A stretch of 10,418 bases of DNA from an uncultured archaeon (GTDB lineage Archaea; Asgardarchaeota; Lokiarchaeia; Sigyniarchaeales; Promethearchaeaceae), in contig CAYRPF010000081.1 in NCBI GenBank assembly GCA_964426185.1, positions 2,743 to 13,160 of the forward strand, read 5' to 3'. Shown one piece after another: positions 8,557 to 10,418 of the stretch (positions are counted from its first letter, which is position 1; every line of letters begins with the position of its first letter). The position numbers and the translations under genes are program-made. The notes beneath the pieces are model-generated. The model made no database searches. It was not told where the DNA came from and was given only the letters and a program-made list of their open reading frames with translations.

Positions 8557-8585
8557 AATTTAGTATTCTTAACAAACTGATAAGA

Positions 8586-8602
8586 TTCTTTTTTCTTTCT
8601 TT
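8586..8602 (+). terminator. Possible oligo-T terminator of gdhA
   Basis: TTCTTTTTTCTTTCTTT about 30 nt after the gdhA stop; T-tracts terminate archaeal transcription, but the region is AT-rich. Confidence 0.35.
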
Positions 8603-8625
8603 AGATTCTCATTGATATCGCGTGT

Positions 8626-8771
8626 GATCAGAGCTTATCTTGTTCTTTTTCCATTTTAATGGTTTTTTGGGCTTCTTCGTTCTTTTTTTTCATTTTCAAG
8701 TAGGTATGCTTGAACCGTAGCACTCATGAAGTGAAATGCTTGTTCAGTTAAACTTGGGATTTTTTTTTCAT
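8626..8771 (-). pseudogene. 5' remnant of DUF47, copy B
   Basis: Roughly 80-85% identical by eye to 6642-6821. Reads LTEQAFHFMSATVQAYLLEN..NEEAQKTIKMEKEQDKL*, with a 30-nt deletion, a frameshift in an A-run and a CGA->TGA nonsense change. Confidence 0.85.
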
Positions 8772-8786
8772 CATTCTTCTTCAGCT

Positions 8787-10418
8787 TTATAAATTTTCGC
8801 CTGATTGAGAAGAGATTTGATAGAGAACTTGTTTTAATTGTTTAAGAGTATAGGGTTTTTTAAGAAATCCGTCGAATCCGTATTGACGAAAATTCGCTAT
8901 GATTGGATCTGTTGAGTATCCACTAGAGACAATAACAGGAATTTTGGAATCAATTTTTTTCACCATTTTCAGAATTGATTCTCCTCCTAAATCTCCAGGA
9001 ATGGTGAGATCTGTTATAACTACATCAAACGGTTTTGAGCTGTTTTGTTGTTTCTGAAAAATTTCTTTAACTTCTTGGCTAGTATAAGCTGATTTGATCT
9101 TGATATCCAAATAATTGCAAAATCGCTGCATAATTGTGTGAATTGCCTCATCATCATCATAAAATAAGATATATTCAATTTTTGGCGAGCCGATTGCAGA
9201 TTTTTCTTTTTTTGAAGATTGGCTGGAAGATTGAATTATCGGAAGAAGAATTATAAACGTGGTACCTTTATTTTTGACTGTGCGGAATGTAATTAATCCT
9301 TCATGATTTTGAATGATAGAATAAGAAGTTGCTAGCCCTAAACCTGATCCAGTGGGTTTTGTGGAAAAATAAGGCTCGAAAATGTGTTTTTGAAATTCAA
9401 AGGGAATACCTGGACCCGTATCTTCGATTTCAATTTGAATATAATTGCCTGGAGATAAAGGAATAACATCATCTTTAGAAATTTGGATATTCGCCGCTCG
9501 AACATAAAGATTTCCTCCATCGGGCATGGCTTGAAGAGCGTTAATCACCAAATTATTTATTACTTGAGAGATCTGGCTTTCATCGACCTTAGTATCCGGT
9601 AAATCTTCTGGAATTTCAAAATGATATTTAATTTTTGAACCTCTGAGCACAAATTTCGTGGTATCATATAGAATTTCTTTTATCGATGCCAATTTCTTTA
9701 TCGGTGCACCACCTTTTGAAAAAGTTAAAAGTTGGTTGGTTAAATCACGCGCCCGAAAAGTAGCTTTTTCTAAATCAGAGAGATATTCCTGGTTTTCTTT
9801 ATCTGTGATATTTATTTGGAGCAGGTTAATTGTTCCTAAAATACTTGTAAGGATATTGTTAAAATCATGAGCAATTCCACCAGCGAGAATCCCTATACTT
9901 TGAAGCTTTTCTCGGTGAAGCTGCTCTTCTATCCGTTTTTTTCGTTGTGAAATATCTCTAATAAATGTTGTGGCATACTGAAGTTTTTCGTCTTGATAAA
10001 TAAAGCGAGAACTTATTTCCACAAAAATTCGAGTCTTATCCTTTTTGATCATCTCTATTTCGTATGTTGTTTGGTTCGTTTCCTTACTTAATTTTTTATC
10101 TCCCATCCGATCCATGCGGTCCCAATAATTGGTATCTACGAACTCGCGAAAATCATGGTTTATCATCTCTTCTTTGGAAAAACCCAATATTTCTTCGCAA
10201 GCAGGATTTACCCCCACAATAATCCTATTCGGATCTATTTGAATAATCATATCACTGGCTTGTTCAATGATTTTCTGGTATTCATAAGTTTTGTCACGTG
10301 CAATTGATTCAGCTTGTTTTTGAGCAGTAATATCTTTAAAAGTAGTAATATCTTCTCCGTTACCAATTTTTATTTCTTCTATTATTGCCCACTTTTTCGT
10401 ACCATCTTTACATACGAT
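8787..10418 (-). CDS. Multi-PAS hybrid sensor histidine kinase/response regulator (CckA/NtrB-like), 5' end outside the window
   Basis: H-box GIAHDFNNIL, N-box NNLVINALQAM, G1 DTGPGI, F FEPYFSTK, G2 GSGLGL; receiver YDDD..TDLTIP..SSGY..KKP; PAS/PAC ending RDISQRK. The frame stays open for 56 codons upstream of the track's ATG, to the window edge (IVCKDGTKKW..KDITAQKQAE, the end of another PAC). Confidence 0.95.
   Translation of the reverse strand: MVCKDGTKKWAIIEEIKIGNGEDITTFKDITAQKQAESIARDKTYEYQKIIEQASDMIIQIDPNRIIVGVNPACEEILGFSKEEMINHDFREFVDTNYWDRMDRMGDKKLSKETNQTTYEIEMIKKDKTRIFVEISSRFIYQDEKLQYATTFIRDISQRKKRIEEQLHREKLQSIGILAGGIAHDFNNILTSILGTINLLQINITDKENQEYLSDLEKATFRARDLTNQLLTFSKGGAPIKKLASIKEILYDTTKFVLRGSKIKYHFEIPEDLPDTKVDESQISQVINNLVINALQAMPDGGNLYVRAANIQISKDDVIPLSPGNYIQIEIEDTGPGIPFEFQKHIFEPYFSTKPTGSGLGLATSYSIIQNHEGLITFRTVKNKGTTFIILLPIIQSSSQSSKKEKSAIGSPKIEYILFYDDDEAIHTIMQRFCNYLDIKIKSAYTSQEVKEIFQKQQNSSKPFDVVITDLTIPGDLGGESILKMVKKIDSKIPVIVSSGYSTDPIIANFRQYGFDGFLKKPYTLKQLKQVLYQISSQSGENL

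Overview
AT-rich window, probably archaeal; the TPR-longin protein, TrmB-like rod protein and BRE/TATA-like promoter suggest Asgard/Lokiarchaeia (inference). There are four apparently intact genes: (1) a 1050-aa protein with a TrmB-type wHTH, an ~830-aa coiled coil and a PLD-like TrmB effector domain (108-3260, +); (2) a TPR protein with a C-terminal longin-like domain (3474-5489, -); (3) NADP-glutamate dehydrogenase gdhA (7210-8556, +); (4) a PAS hybrid histidine kinase (HK) running off the right edge (8787->10418, -). Two things stand out. First, the coiled coil of gene 1 is mirror-symmetric about a basic/aromatic motif at aa ~492, with matched 22-aa repeat blocks in each arm, suggesting an ~60-nm hairpin linking a DNA-binding head to a membrane-binding tip. 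Second, most spacers between the intact genes contain deleted, diverged copies of one ancestral block (gene 1 3' end -> <- pit <- DUF47 <- HK 3' end) present in about three partial copies. The TPR gene and gdhA sit between these copies like cargo, and no integrase or transposase is visible in the window.
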